64,000 bases of DNA from the NCBI GenBank assembly GCA_038321865.1, contig JBBQFH010000013.1, positions 1 through 64,000 of the forward strand. Direction: 5' to 3'. Position numbers and translations under genes: made by a program. The notes under the pieces were generated by a model, which saw only the letters and a program-made list of their open reading frames with translations, was not told the origin of the DNA and searched no databases. Below are positions 44,410 to 53,972 of the stretch, piece after piece (position 1 is the first letter of the stretch; each line of letters starts with the position of its first letter). The stretch is from Gemmatimonadales bacterium. GTDB taxonomy: Bacteria; Gemmatimonadota; Gemmatimonadetes; Gemmatimonadales; GWC2-71-9.

Positions 44410-44864
44410 CGTCCGTGCCCGGAGTGGCCCGGATCAACACCGGACGCGCCGCCGCCGCGGGCCTGATCGGCACGCTGTTCGCGACCGCGCTCTGGCTCCT
44501 GGAGCCGTGGCTCGGCCTCCCGCGGCTGGCGGTCGGGCAGATCCTGAGTCACTTCATCGCGGTGGCGACTGCCTACTTCTCTCCGGGTCCGGCGGCGGGC
44601 TGGACGATCCACGTGCTCGTCGGGATGCTGCTGGCGGTGGCGTATGCACGCGGGTTCGTCGGCCGTGTGCGAGGGGCGCCGATCGCCCGTGGACTGCTTT
44701 ACGGCTGCGTGATCTTCCTGGTCGCGCAGCTGGTGTTCACCCCGCTCGTCGGGGCCGGGGTCTTCTCGCGAGGCGACGTGCCGATGCTCGCCGGCTCTCT
44801 CCTCGGACACCTGCTCTACGGCGGCATCGTCGGCGGGATCTACGGCGTGCCAAAGGCGGAATGA
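44406..44864 (+). CDS. Small membrane protein (about 4 TM) with intramembrane His residues
   Basis: GWTIHVLVG and LLGHLLYG; GTGA overlap with the cytochrome gene. Confidence 0.7.
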   Translation: MTSVPGVARINTGRAAAAGLIGTLFATALWLLEPWLGLPRLAVGQILSHFIAVATAYFSPGPAAGWTIHVLVGMLLAVAYARGFVGRVRGAPIARGLLYGCVIFLVAQLVFTPLVGAGVFSRGDVPMLAGSLLGHLLYGGIVGGIYGVPKAE

Positions 44865-44952
44865 ACCGCCGACGGCCAGGCACTTGCCGCCTTACTTGCC
44901 CTCCCCCATTCCCGCCGCCATACTTTCCGCCACACCCCCACAAGGGCACAAC

Positions 44953-45777
44953 GTGGACGAACTGCGCGGCCGGCCGGAACCGACCGGTGCGACGCCCAAG
45001 GTCCCGATGGCAGGGCTCTTTGGCCTCGGTGCCGTGACCAACTTTTTTGACACCCTCGGCATTGGATCGTTCGCGACCACGACCGCAGTGCTCCGGCTCT
45101 TTCACATGGTCGACGACGAGAACATCCCGGGGACGCTGAATGTTGGACACGCGATCCCGACGATTACCGAGTGCATCATCTTCATCATCCTGCTGGGTGG
45201 CCTGATCGATGCGCCAACCATTGTCTGCATGGTCGTCGCGGGCGGGCTCGGTGCCTGGTACGGGACCGGAATCGTGGTCCGCTGGCCGCGCCGCGAGATC
45301 CAGCGTGCGATGGCGGTGGCGCTGATCGTGACGGCGTCGTTCATGGCGCTGCGGCTGCTCAAGAATCTGTCGCTCGACGAAGGCACCATCGGGCTCCGCG
45401 GCGCCGCGCTCGCCATCGCGGTGCTCGCCAGCATGTTGATCGGGTCGCTCACCAGTCTCGGCATCGGCAACTACGCGCCCACCATGGCGGTCACCTACAT
45501 GCTCGGCATGAACCAGAAATCGGTCTTTCCAATCATGGCGGCCTCCGCGTCGCTGATTCTTCCGGCCGCCGCGCTCCGATTCTATCGTGCCGGGCGTTTT
45601 GACAAGCGCACGGCGATCGGACTCGCGATCGGCGGCATTCCTGGCGTCCTTGTTGCGGCCTTCGTGGTCAAGGCGCTGCCGCTCGGGACGGTGAAGTGGA
45701 TCGTGGTCGGCGTGCTGCTCTATACGGCGGTGACGCTCTGGATGTCGTCGCGCAATGCAGCCAGCACCGCCGGATGA
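44953..45777 (+). CDS. TauE/SafE (TSUP) family permease
   Basis: [34 protein letters not shown] and GGIPGV motifs; start uncertain. Confidence 0.8.
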   Translation: MDELRGRPEPTGATPKVPMAGLFGLGAVTNFFDTLGIGSFATTTAVLRLFHMVDDENIPGTLNVGHAIPTITECIIFIILLGGLIDAPTIVCMVVAGGLGAWYGTGIVVRWPRREIQRAMAVALIVTASFMALRLLKNLSLDEGTIGLRGAALAIAVLASMLIGSLTSLGIGNYAPTMAVTYMLGMNQKSVFPIMAASASLILPAAALRFYRAGRFDKRTAIGLAIGGIPGVLVAAFVVKALPLGTVKWIVVGVLLYTAVTLWMSSRNAASTAG

Positions 45778-46901
45778 AGATTTCCGCGATTCGTGCCTAC
45801 CAGGTCGACCTGCCGCTCCATGACGGGAGCTATAAGTGGTCAGGCGGCAACGCGGTGTCGGTGTTCGACTCCACCGTGGTCGCGGTGGAAACGGATGACG
45901 GCCTCACCGGGTGGGGTGAAGTCTGCCCGCTCGGACCGGCGTATCTGCCGGCGTACGCCCGCGGGGCGCGCGCCGGGATCGCGGAACTCGCTCCCCAGCT
46001 CATCGGTGCCGACCCGCTGGCGCTTGGCGAGCTGAACGAATTGATGGACCGCGCCATGCGAGGTCATCCGTACGTGAAATCGGCAATCGACATGGCGTGC
46101 TGGGATTTGCTGGGCAAGGCGAGCGGGTTGCCCGTGGCGACGCTGATGGGCGGGCATGTCGGTGCGGATTTCGCGCTGTACCGCGCCATTTCCCAGGAAT
46201 CGCCGGCGCAGATGGCCAGGAAGATCGGGCAGTATCGCCGGGAAGGCTATCACAAGTTTCAGCTCAAGGTCGGTGGGGACCCCGATACCGATATCGACCG
46301 GATCAAGGCCGCGGCCGCGGTACTCTCGCGCGGTGATGTGCTGATTGCGGATGCCAACACCGGCTGGACCCAGCATGCCGCGATCCGCGTCGCCGACGCG
46401 GTCCGCGACGTCGATGTCTACATCGAACAGCCCTGCATGACCTATGAGCAATGCCTGGCGGTGCGGCGTCACACCAGTCGGCCGTTCGTGCTCGATGAAG
46501 TCGTGGACGGCATCGATATGGTGGTGCGCGGTGTGGCGGATCATGCGATGGACATCATCAATCTCAAGATCTCGAAGGTCGGCGGCCTCACCAAGGCACG
46601 ACAGATCCGGGATCTGTGCGTGTCGCTGGGCATTGCGATGACGATCGAGGACACCTGGGGCGGCGATATCATCACCGCGGCGATCGCGCACCTCGCGCAC
46701 AGCACGCCCGAACGCTTTCTCTTCTCTTCGACGGATTTCAATTCGTATGTGACGGTGGCGTTTGCCGACGGCGCACCGCGACGAAAGAAGGGTCGCCTTG
46801 CCGCATCCCGCGAACCGGGGCTTGGTGTTCGTCCGAAGATGAAGGTGCTGGGGCGTCCCGTCATCGACATCGACCGGTTCGACTCCGGTCTGCACCTGTG
46901 A
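45774..46901 (+). CDS. Enolase-superfamily (MLE subgroup) enzyme, cis-3-hydroxy-L-proline dehydratase-like
   Basis: [49 protein letters not shown] and EDTWGG motifs; ATGA overlap. Confidence 0.8.
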   Translation: MKISAIRAYQVDLPLHDGSYKWSGGNAVSVFDSTVVAVETDDGLTGWGEVCPLGPAYLPAYARGARAGIAELAPQLIGADPLALGELNELMDRAMRGHPYVKSAIDMACWDLLGKASGLPVATLMGGHVGADFALYRAISQESPAQMARKIGQYRREGYHKFQLKVGGDPDTDIDRIKAAAAVLSRGDVLIADANTGWTQHAAIRVADAVRDVDVYIEQPCMTYEQCLAVRRHTSRPFVLDEVVDGIDMVVRGVADHAMDIINLKISKVGGLTKARQIRDLCVSLGIAMTIEDTWGGDIITAAIAHLAHSTPERFLFSSTDFNSYVTVAFADGAPRRKKGRLAASREPGLGVRPKMKVLGRPVIDIDRFDSGLHL

Positions 46902-46929
46902 GTCGGGGAAAGTAGCCAGGAAAGGCAGG

Positions 46930-47835
46930 ATGGTGCCCGCGCTACGCTGCGTGCTGCTGTCACTGCTCGTCGTGTCGGCTCCGATCCAGGCCCAGGCCCC
47001 GTCGCTCGCGGCCGTCGTCGTGCTGCTCGGCACCGGCATGCCCCGGCCGGATCCCGCCGCATCCGGGCCCGCGACGGCGGTGGTCATCGGCTCCCGGGTC
47101 CTGTTGTTCGATGCCGGGCCCGGCGTCGAGCGGCAGCTCCGGGCCGCCGGCCTGCCCATCGCCGGCGTCACCGCACTCTTCGTCACCCACCTGCACAGCG
47201 ATCACACCCTCGGCTATCCCGATCTCATCCTGACGTCCTGGGTCATGGGACGCGACCGGCCGCTCGACGCCTACGGCCCGCCCGGACTACGCCGCATGAC
47301 GGCGCACCTGCTCGCGGCCTTCGACGAGGACATCCGGATCAGGAGCGACGGCCTGGAGCACGAGCCGAGACTCGCACCGCAGGTGCGGGTGCACGAGATC
47401 CAGCCCGGCGTCGTATACGACAGCGGAGGGGTGCGCGTCACGGCGATCCCCGTGCTCCACGGCGCCTGGAAGTACGCGTACGGATACCGGATCGACACGC
47501 CGGGGCGGTCGATCGTGATCTCGGGCGACACCCGGCCGTCGCCGGCGCTCGAGGCGGCCAGTCGTGCAGTGGACGTGCTGGTGCATGAGGTATACGCCGC
47601 CGCCCGGCTCAGACCCGAGCCCCGGCCCGGCGGCGAGGATTGGCCCGCGTACATGCGGGCTTTCCATACTTCCGACACGGAGCTCGGCGCACTGGCGGCG
47701 CGCGCCGGGCCGAAGCTGCTCATCCTGAGCCACCTGATCCGGATGGGTGCGAGCGATCAGGAGCTGCTGGACGGTGTCCGGGCCGGGGGGTTCCAGGGGA
47801 GAACGGTCGTCGGCCGGGATCTTGACCGCTACTGA
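46930..47835 (+). CDS. Exported MBL-fold hydrolase (RNase Z/AtsA arylsulfatase-like)
   Basis: Signal peptide; LGTG, DAG, THLHSDH, SGDT, HE, HT and SH motifs. Confidence 0.85.
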   Translation: MVPALRCVLLSLLVVSAPIQAQAPSLAAVVVLLGTGMPRPDPAASGPATAVVIGSRVLLFDAGPGVERQLRAAGLPIAGVTALFVTHLHSDHTLGYPDLILTSWVMGRDRPLDAYGPPGLRRMTAHLLAAFDEDIRIRSDGLEHEPRLAPQVRVHEIQPGVVYDSGGVRVTAIPVLHGAWKYAYGYRIDTPGRSIVISGDTRPSPALEAASRAVDVLVHEVYAAARLRPEPRPGGEDWPAYMRAFHTSDTELGALAARAGPKLLILSHLIRMGASDQELLDGVRAGGFQGRTVVGRDLDRY

Positions 47836-47917
47836 CCTTTACTGTGGCTCATAATAGAAGGGCACGATTGCGACGACGCTGTCGCCGGCAGAGAACCCGA
47901 AATTGGTCAGGCGGCGC

Positions 47918-49093
47918 TCACGCCCGCCGCCCAGGGCCGAAGGGTTCAGTGCCCTCCTCCAGGATCGCCACGTACGGGGTGTAGCTGAACACGCGGTCGC
48001 GCAGACGGTCTCCCAGCCGCTGTACCACGTCCAGCCGCTCGAGGTGCGCCAGCGACTTGTTGATCGTGGCGGGCGTGAGACCCGTCGCCTCGACCAGCGC
48101 CGTCGTGTTGGTGACCGGCCGCGACGCCAATGCCTGGTGCACGGCGAGGGCCGACGGCGCCGCGCGGCCCAGCTGCGCGATCCTTGCACGATCGTGCTCC
48201 ACGAGCGCATGCAGCCGCTGGATGGCACCGACGGCCAGGGTGGCGCTTTCCAGCACGGCGTCGGCGAAGAAGCGTAGCCACGTCTCCCAGTCGCCTGAGC
48301 GGCGGGTGACATCGAGCAGCTCGTAGTATCGCTGCCGGTGCTGTTTGAAGTAGAGCGAGAGATAGAGCAGTGGCTCGCGCAGCACTCCTTCCTGGCACAG
48401 CAGCAGCGTGATCAGCATCCGCCCAACCCGGCCATTGCCGTCGAGGAACGGATGAATGGTCTCGAACTGGATGTGGCTCAGCGCGGCCTTGATGAGCGGC
48501 GACGTCGTCTCGTCGTGCAGGAACCGCTCGAGCCGGCCCATGCAATCGGCGACCTCATGGGCCGGCGGCGGCACGAAGACCGCATTGCCGGGCCGAGTCC
48601 CGCCAATCCAGTTCTGGGCGCGGCGGAACTCGCCGGGGTCGGCGTGTTGCCCGTCGCCGCCCTTCATCAGCCGGCGGTGTACCTCGCGGATCAGCCGCGA
48701 TGAGAGCGGGAAGCCGCTCCGCAGGCGCTTGAGCCCGTGGTCGAGCGCGGTGACGTAGCGGCTCACCTCACGGGTGTCGGTGACCGGCGCCTGTCCGGCT
48801 TCGCCGAGTTCGAATAGCAGCAGGTCGGTGAAGCTGGAGCGCGTCCCCTCGATCATTGAGGAGAGCACCGCCTCCTTTCTGACCAGCGAATCGAGCAGGA
48901 GCGAGGTGTCGGGCAGAAGCTGGGAGATTGCGTCGAGCCGGCCGAGGGAGAGGACCGCGTCGTCAAAGCGGGCGCGCAGCGCCGGCGACCAGACAATCGC
49001 CGGCTTCGGCGGAAGCGGGGCGGGGACGAATGCCCGCACCGTCTCGCCGCCCGCCGTGACCGAGTGGTAGCGGCCCTGCAGCCCGCGCTTCAT
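47918..49093 (-). CDS. Fic family protein (second paralog)
   Basis: EAVLSSMIEGT, QNWIGGTRPGNA and HPFLDGNGRVGR motifs. Confidence 0.93.
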   Translation of the reverse strand: MKRGLQGRYHSVTAGGETVRAFVPAPLPPKPAIVWSPALRARFDDAVLSLGRLDAISQLLPDTSLLLDSLVRKEAVLSSMIEGTRSSFTDLLLFELGEAGQAPVTDTREVSRYVTALDHGLKRLRSGFPLSSRLIREVHRRLMKGGDGQHADPGEFRRAQNWIGGTRPGNAVFVPPPAHEVADCMGRLERFLHDETTSPLIKAALSHIQFETIHPFLDGNGRVGRMLITLLLCQEGVLREPLLYLSLYFKQHRQRYYELLDVTRRSGDWETWLRFFADAVLESATLAVGAIQRLHALVEHDRARIAQLGRAAPSALAVHQALASRPVTNTTALVEATGLTPATINKSLAHLERLDVVQRLGDRLRDRVFSYTPYVAILEEGTEPFGPGRRA

Positions 49094-49246
49094 GTGATGG
49101 CAAGCTCAATTAGGGAGTATCGCTAATTTAGGATAGAGGCTGTGACTAAATCAAGGTCGCTGGCCATTTGAGGGCGACCGACATGACACCCCGCGCTGGG
49201 GTCTGCTGCCTGTGCCGCCGTTATACACAGTTAACATTTGAGATGC

Positions 49247-49275
49247 TTGACTTACCCGATCTCCGGCACTATCTA
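49247..49275 (+). promoter_or_regulatory. Sigma70-like promoter TTGACT-N17-TATCTA just before the cupredoxin start
   Basis: Read directly; GTG GTG follows 2-5 nt later. Confidence 0.4.
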
Positions 49276-49277
49276 CC

Positions 49278-49607
49278 GTGGTGCGCACCCTCACTGCCCT
49301 CTTGTTGCTGCCCGGCCTGCTGTCCATGTCCGGACCGGTGCCCCGACACCGGCCGGGCCGGGACCGCGCGATCGTGATCGAGAACTTCGCGTATGCTCCC
49401 GCGACCGATACGGTGCGGGTCGGACAGGCCGTCACCTGGACCAACCGCGACATCCTCCCTCATACCGTGACCGGTACCTCGCCGCGGCTGGCGTCGGGCA
49501 GCATCGCCGCCGGCGGCTCCTGGCGCTACGTCGCCACCCGGCGAGGGACCTTCACCTATCACTGCCGGTTCCATCCGACCATGCACGGCACGCTCGTCGT
49601 GCGATGA
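49278..49607 (+). CDS. Exported cupredoxin (amicyanin/plastocyanin-like)
   Basis: FAYAP, VTWTNRD..PHTVT and YHCRFHPTMHG give the type-1 Cu ligands H, C, H, M. Confidence 0.88.
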   Translation: MVRTLTALLLLPGLLSMSGPVPRHRPGRDRAIVIENFAYAPATDTVRVGQAVTWTNRDILPHTVTGTSPRLASGSIAAGGSWRYVATRRGTFTYHCRFHPTMHGTLVVR

Positions 49608-49657
49608 CCCGCACCGCGGGTCGGCGCGGTGCTCCACTTCCAGACAACGAGACCACC

Positions 49658-50179
49658 ATGAAGCTCCATCGCATTCTTGCCGGCCTGCTGGCCACCTCAG
49701 CCGGTGTCGCCGCGGCCGCGCTCGCGCAGGCTCCGACCGATCCCCAGATCGCCGCCATCGTCGTGGACGCCAACCGCGTGGACATCGCCGCCGGCAAGCT
49801 CGCCGTGGCCCGGTCGCACAACGCGCAGGTCAAGGCCTTCGCGCGCGACATGATCCGGGACCATTCCGCTGTGAATGCCCAGGCCGTCAAGCTCGTCACC
49901 AGATTGCACGTGAAGCCGGAAGAGAACGCCACCAGCCGTCAGCTGACCGCGGGCGGCGTCACCAACCGGAAGAACCTGCAGACGAAGCGCGGGTCCGCCT
50001 TCGATCACGCCTACATCGACAACGAGGTGGCCTACCACCAGGCCGTGCTCGATGCGGTGGACCAGACGCTGATCCCGAGCGCGTCCAACGCCGAGCTGAA
50101 GGACCTGCTCACCAAGACGCGGCCGGCATTCGTGGCGCACCTGGCGCATGCGAAGCAGGTGCAGGCCGCGCTGAAGTAG
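49658..50179 (+). CDS. DUF4142 (ferritin-like) exported protein
   Basis: Signal peptide; TDPQIAAI, VKAFARDMIRDH, FDHAYIDNEVAYH and HLAHA motifs. Confidence 0.88.
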   Translation: MKLHRILAGLLATSAGVAAAALAQAPTDPQIAAIVVDANRVDIAAGKLAVARSHNAQVKAFARDMIRDHSAVNAQAVKLVTRLHVKPEENATSRQLTAGGVTNRKNLQTKRGSAFDHAYIDNEVAYHQAVLDAVDQTLIPSASNAELKDLLTKTRPAFVAHLAHAKQVQAALK

Positions 50180-50205
50180 ACCAACACTCGCGGGAGGCGT
50201 CTGGA

Positions 50206-50601
50206 ATGAACGCGCGACTGATTCCCGTCATGCTGGCGCTGCTGGCGGGCTGCTCCAGTTCCACCAGCCCCAGCACCACGCCGGGCGTGGATGTCTCCAT
50301 TCAGCCCGGCGCCGCCGCGAAGACAACCGACGCCTTTGCCCCGAGCCCGTTCACGGTCTCGCTCAGTTCCGGCGGGATCGTGCACTGGCGGAATGGCGAT
50401 GTCGGCTCCTCCGGCGATGCCTACGGCAACGGCGCCACTCCCGGCACGACCCATGACATCGCGTCGGACACCCCGGGCCTGTTCGATTCGGGATCGCTGG
50501 CGCCCGGCGCCCTGTTCCAGCACACCTTCGCGGTGGCGGGCACCTATCACTACCACTGTGCCATCCACCCGACCATGACGGGGATCATCGTCGTCAACTG
50601 A
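50206..50601 (+). CDS. Cupredoxin-domain lipoprotein
   Basis: GGAGG RBS; LAGC lipobox; THDI, FDSG and YHCAIHPTMTG motifs. Confidence 0.85.
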   Translation: MNARLIPVMLALLAGCSSSTSPSTTPGVDVSIQPGAAAKTTDAFAPSPFTVSLSSGGIVHWRNGDVGSSGDAYGNGATPGTTHDIASDTPGLFDSGSLAPGALFQHTFAVAGTYHYHCAIHPTMTGIIVVN

Positions 50602-50680
50602 CGGCGGCAGGGCTGGACCATCGCTGGCGGCGGCAATGACCTAGATTCCGTCATCACCCGCTCCGAGGATGCGTCCAGCC

Positions 50681-52330
50681 ATGCGCCTTCCCGTCATTGT
50701 CGCTCTCCTGCTCGGCGCCGCGTCGGCGCTGCCGGCCCAGACCCCCGTCTACACCCGCGCCGATACCCTGCGCGGATCCTACGAGACGCCGGGCCGGGCC
50801 TGGTGGGACGTCACCTTCTACGATCTGCACGTTGCGATCAGTCCGGCCGACAGCAGCATCCACGGCTGGAACGGGATCACCTACCGCGTAACCAAGGCGG
50901 GACAGGAGCTGCAGATCGACCTGATGACGCCGCTCGAGGTGGACAGCATGGTGCAGGACGGCGCCCGCGTCCCCTTCCGGCGGGACAGCAACGCCTTCTT
51001 CGCCACGCCGGCAACGCCGGCCCGCACCGGTGACCTCCGCACGATCACCGTCTACTACCACGGACGCCCCCGCGTCGCGCGCCGTCCGCCCTGGGAAGGT
51101 GGCTACTCCTGGTCGGTGGACAGTCTCGGCCGCCCCTGGATCGTCACGACCGATCAGGGCGTCGGTGCCAGCATCTGGTGGCCCAACAAGGACACCCAGG
51201 CCGACGAGCCGGACAGCCAGCGCGTGGCGCTCACCGTCCCGGACTCGCTGCAGGAAGTCTCCAACGGCCGGCTCCGGAGCACGACGCACAATGCGGACGG
51301 GACCACGACCTACGAATGGTTCGCCGTCAACCCGATCAACAACTACGCGATCGCCGTCGCCGCCGGCCACTACGCCCATTTCAGCGACACCCTCCAGGGC
51401 GAGGGCGGCCGGCTCACCCTCGACTACTGGCCGCTCGACTACCATCTCGACGCCGCGAAACGGCAGTTTCCCCAGTCCGTCTCGATGCTGAAATGCTTCG
51501 AGCACTGGTTCGGCCCGTACCCCTGGTACGAGGACGGCTACAAGCTGATCGAGGTGTCCAACAACGGCATGGAGCATCAGAGCGCCGTCGCCTACGGCAA
51601 CCGCTACGCCAACGGTTACCGCGGACGGGACGCCTCCGGCACCGGCCTCGGCCTCAAGTGGGATTTCATCATCGTGCATGAAAGCGCCCACGAATGGTTC
51701 GGCAACAACATCACGACGAAGGACCTCGCCGACATGTGGGTGCACGAAAGCTTCGCCAACTACGCCGAAGGGCTCTACACCGAGTGCCTGTTCGGAAAGG
51801 AGGCGGGAGCCGACTACATCGTCGGCAACCGGAAGGGGATCCGGAACGACCGCCCGATCGTCCCAGCCGCCTACGGCGTGAACGCCCAGGGCTCGGGCGA
51901 CATGTATCCCAAGGGCGGCGCGATGCTGCACACGATCCGGCAGATCGTGGGCAACGACGAGAAGTGGCGCGGCATTCTCCGGGGACTCAACTCGACCTTC
52001 CGCCACCAGACCGTCACCGGCCGGCAGGTGCAGGACTACATCAGCCACCAGGCCGGCACCGACCTCTCGAAGGTCTTCGAGCAGTACCTCACGACGATCA
52101 AGGTCCCGGTGCTGGAATACCGGATCACGGGGAAGACCCTCTCCTACCGCTGGGCCGACGTGGTACCCGGTTTCGCCATGCCGGTCGCCGTAACCCTCGG
52201 CGACAGCACGTACGGCATCATCCACCCGACCGAGAAATGGAAGACGAAGAAGATCGCGCTGACCGACCCGGCCGCCTTCAAGGTGGACCGCAACTACTAC
52301 GTGACCGCGCGGAATGCTGCGGCGAACTGA
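50681..52330 (+). CDS. M1 family aminopeptidase, exported
   Basis: Signal peptide; GMEHQ, HESAHEW(x)E and MYPKG motifs. Confidence 0.92.
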   Translation: MRLPVIVALLLGAASALPAQTPVYTRADTLRGSYETPGRAWWDVTFYDLHVAISPADSSIHGWNGITYRVTKAGQELQIDLMTPLEVDSMVQDGARVPFRRDSNAFFATPATPARTGDLRTITVYYHGRPRVARRPPWEGGYSWSVDSLGRPWIVTTDQGVGASIWWPNKDTQADEPDSQRVALTVPDSLQEVSNGRLRSTTHNADGTTTYEWFAVNPINNYAIAVAAGHYAHFSDTLQGEGGRLTLDYWPLDYHLDAAKRQFPQSVSMLKCFEHWFGPYPWYEDGYKLIEVSNNGMEHQSAVAYGNRYANGYRGRDASGTGLGLKWDFIIVHESAHEWFGNNITTKDLADMWVHESFANYAEGLYTECLFGKEAGADYIVGNRKGIRNDRPIVPAAYGVNAQGSGDMYPKGGAMLHTIRQIVGNDEKWRGILRGLNSTFRHQTVTGRQVQDYISHQAGTDLSKVFEQYLTTIKVPVLEYRITGKTLSYRWADVVPGFAMPVAVTLGDSTYGIIHPTEKWKTKKIALTDPAAFKVDRNYYVTARNAAAN

Positions 52331-52343
52331 GCGGCCCGGCGGC

Positions 52344-52856
52344 ATGTCGCACCCGGCGCGCGCGCTGGCCTTTCTGCGCATCGTCACCGGGCTCTACTTC
52401 GCCAAGACGATGTTCACCAAGTTCGCCATCGTGTTCGTGGGCGGATGGCTGCCGCTGCCGGGTCCCTCCGCGCGCTGGATCGCGACGCTGCCGGTGCTGG
52501 TGGGGAAGCAGGCCGCCGGCAATCCGGTCGAGTGGTACCGCAACTTCCTGGTCGATACGGTGATCCCGCACGCGCACCTGTTCGCCGTCCTCACCGCCTG
52601 GGGTGAGGCGGTCGTCGGCATCCTGCTGACGCTGGGGTTCCTGACCGGGATCGGATCGCTGGTGGGATTGATTCTCGTCGTGAGCTACGGGCTGGCCACG
52701 CAGTGGATGTCGCCGGGCCAGCAGGGCTTCCACCTGCTGCTGGTGTCGCAGATGCTGGTCTTCTTCCTGGCCCGGGCCGGCCGCCGCTGGGGCGTGGACG
52801 GCGTGCTGGCCCGCACCCGCCCGAAATCGCTGCTCGCGCGCCGGCCGTTCTCCTGA
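52344..52856 (+). CDS. DoxX/DoxD family membrane protein
   Basis: LRIVTGLYF, WYRNFL...GEAVVGILLTLG and AGRRWGVDG motifs. Confidence 0.8.
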   Translation: MSHPARALAFLRIVTGLYFAKTMFTKFAIVFVGGWLPLPGPSARWIATLPVLVGKQAAGNPVEWYRNFLVDTVIPHAHLFAVLTAWGEAVVGILLTLGFLTGIGSLVGLILVVSYGLATQWMSPGQQGFHLLLVSQMLVFFLARAGRRWGVDGVLARTRPKSLLARRPFS

Positions 52857-52857
52857 G

Positions 52858-53880
52858 CTAGCGGCCGATCGCGACGCCCCACGGCGACCGGCCCACCGGG
52901 ATCCGCCGGGTCACCGCCAGCGTCGCCGCGTCGAGCACGGTGACGTCATTCGACGGCCCGTTCGCCGTATAGAGCCGGCGCCCGTCCGCGCTGATCGCGA
53001 TCCCCCACGGCCGCTTCCCGACCGGAACCGTGCGGACCACCCGCCCCGTGCCCGCATCGATCACCGACAGCGTACCACCGCGCCCGTTGGTCACGTAGAC
53101 GCGCCTCCCGTCGGCCGAAACGGCGATGCCCATCGGCTTCGAGCCGGCCGGCATCTGAATCACCGCCGTCACCCGGCGCGCCGATGCGTCCACCACCGAG
53201 ACGGTCCCGCCCACCTCCGCGGTCACGTACCCCGTCGCCCCGTCGGGCGAGAAGGCGATTCCCCGCGGCCGCGCTCCCACCTCGAAGTGGACGAGGTGGG
53301 CACCGGTGCCGGCGTCGATGACGGTGATGTCGTGGTCGGCTTCACCGGTGATCCAGACCTCGCGGCCACCGGGCCGCGCCCGCACTCCCTCGGGCTCATG
53401 TCCCACCGGTGCCGCCATGATCACCTTCCCGGTCGCCACGTCCACGATCGACGCGGTGCCGGCGTCCTCGTTCGAGACGTAGAGCCGCTGCCCATCATCG
53501 CTGATGTCGAACGCCTCGGGATCGGTTCCGCCGGGCAGCACCCGCTCGACCCGGCGCGCTGCCACATTCACCACCGCGATCCCGTCCTTCGACCGGTCGA
53601 CCGCGAGCTTCGCGCAGTCCGCATCGCTCATCGACGGCGGGCACTTGGGCGAGCCGCTCACCGCCACGAAGACGCGGCCGTCCGGCCCGACTCGCACTCC
53701 GCGGGGGCGGGTGCCGACCGGAATCGTCGCGATCACGCGGCCGGAGCCGGCGTCGATCACCGACAGGTCGCGCGAATCCTCGTTGGTGACGTACACCAGT
53801 CCGTTCGCGCCGGCGGATGTCCGGCACGCCGCACCGGCGATCAGGATGACCGAGGCGACCGCCAGCCCGCGATTGCGCAT
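52858..53880 (-). CDS. YVTN beta-propeller repeat lipoprotein
   Basis: GAAC lipobox-like site; repeated YVTN/YVSN...SVIDA...IPVG.RP.G blades. Confidence 0.88.
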   Translation of the reverse strand: MRNRGLAVASVILIAGAACRTSAGANGLVYVTNEDSRDLSVIDAGSGRVIATIPVGTRPRGVRVGPDGRVFVAVSGSPKCPPSMSDADCAKLAVDRSKDGIAVVNVAARRVERVLPGGTDPEAFDISDDGQRLYVSNEDAGTASIVDVATGKVIMAAPVGHEPEGVRARPGGREVWITGEADHDITVIDAGTGAHLVHFEVGARPRGIAFSPDGATGYVTAEVGGTVSVVDASARRVTAVIQMPAGSKPMGIAVSADGRRVYVTNGRGGTLSVIDAGTGRVVRTVPVGKRPWGIAISADGRRLYTANGPSNDVTVLDAATLAVTRRIPVGRSPWGVAIGR

Positions 53881-53972
53881 GCTCCGACACTCCCGGTTCG
53901 GGACGCCGCACGATTAGCTTCACCCGCGCCGGAAGGGCGGGGTGAATCCATCATAATGAACTGGGCGGCCAC

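Noticed and set aside
47839..47915. Short minus-strand coding-like tail (LTNFGFSAGDSVVAIVPFYYEPQ-stop) after the second fic gene
   Set aside because: No start or RBS and too short to assign; it may be a gene remnant but is unsupported.
35207..49124. GGGAGTAT(T/C)GCT 12-mer near both fic genes (35207-35218 and 49113-49124)
   Set aside because: It lies in opposite orientation relative to the two genes, has one mismatch and is short; it cannot be distinguished from chance or shown to be an att or target duplication.
49141..49156. CRP/FNR-like site TGTGACTAAATCAA
   Set aside because: Only one half-site matches either consensus at the correct spacing.
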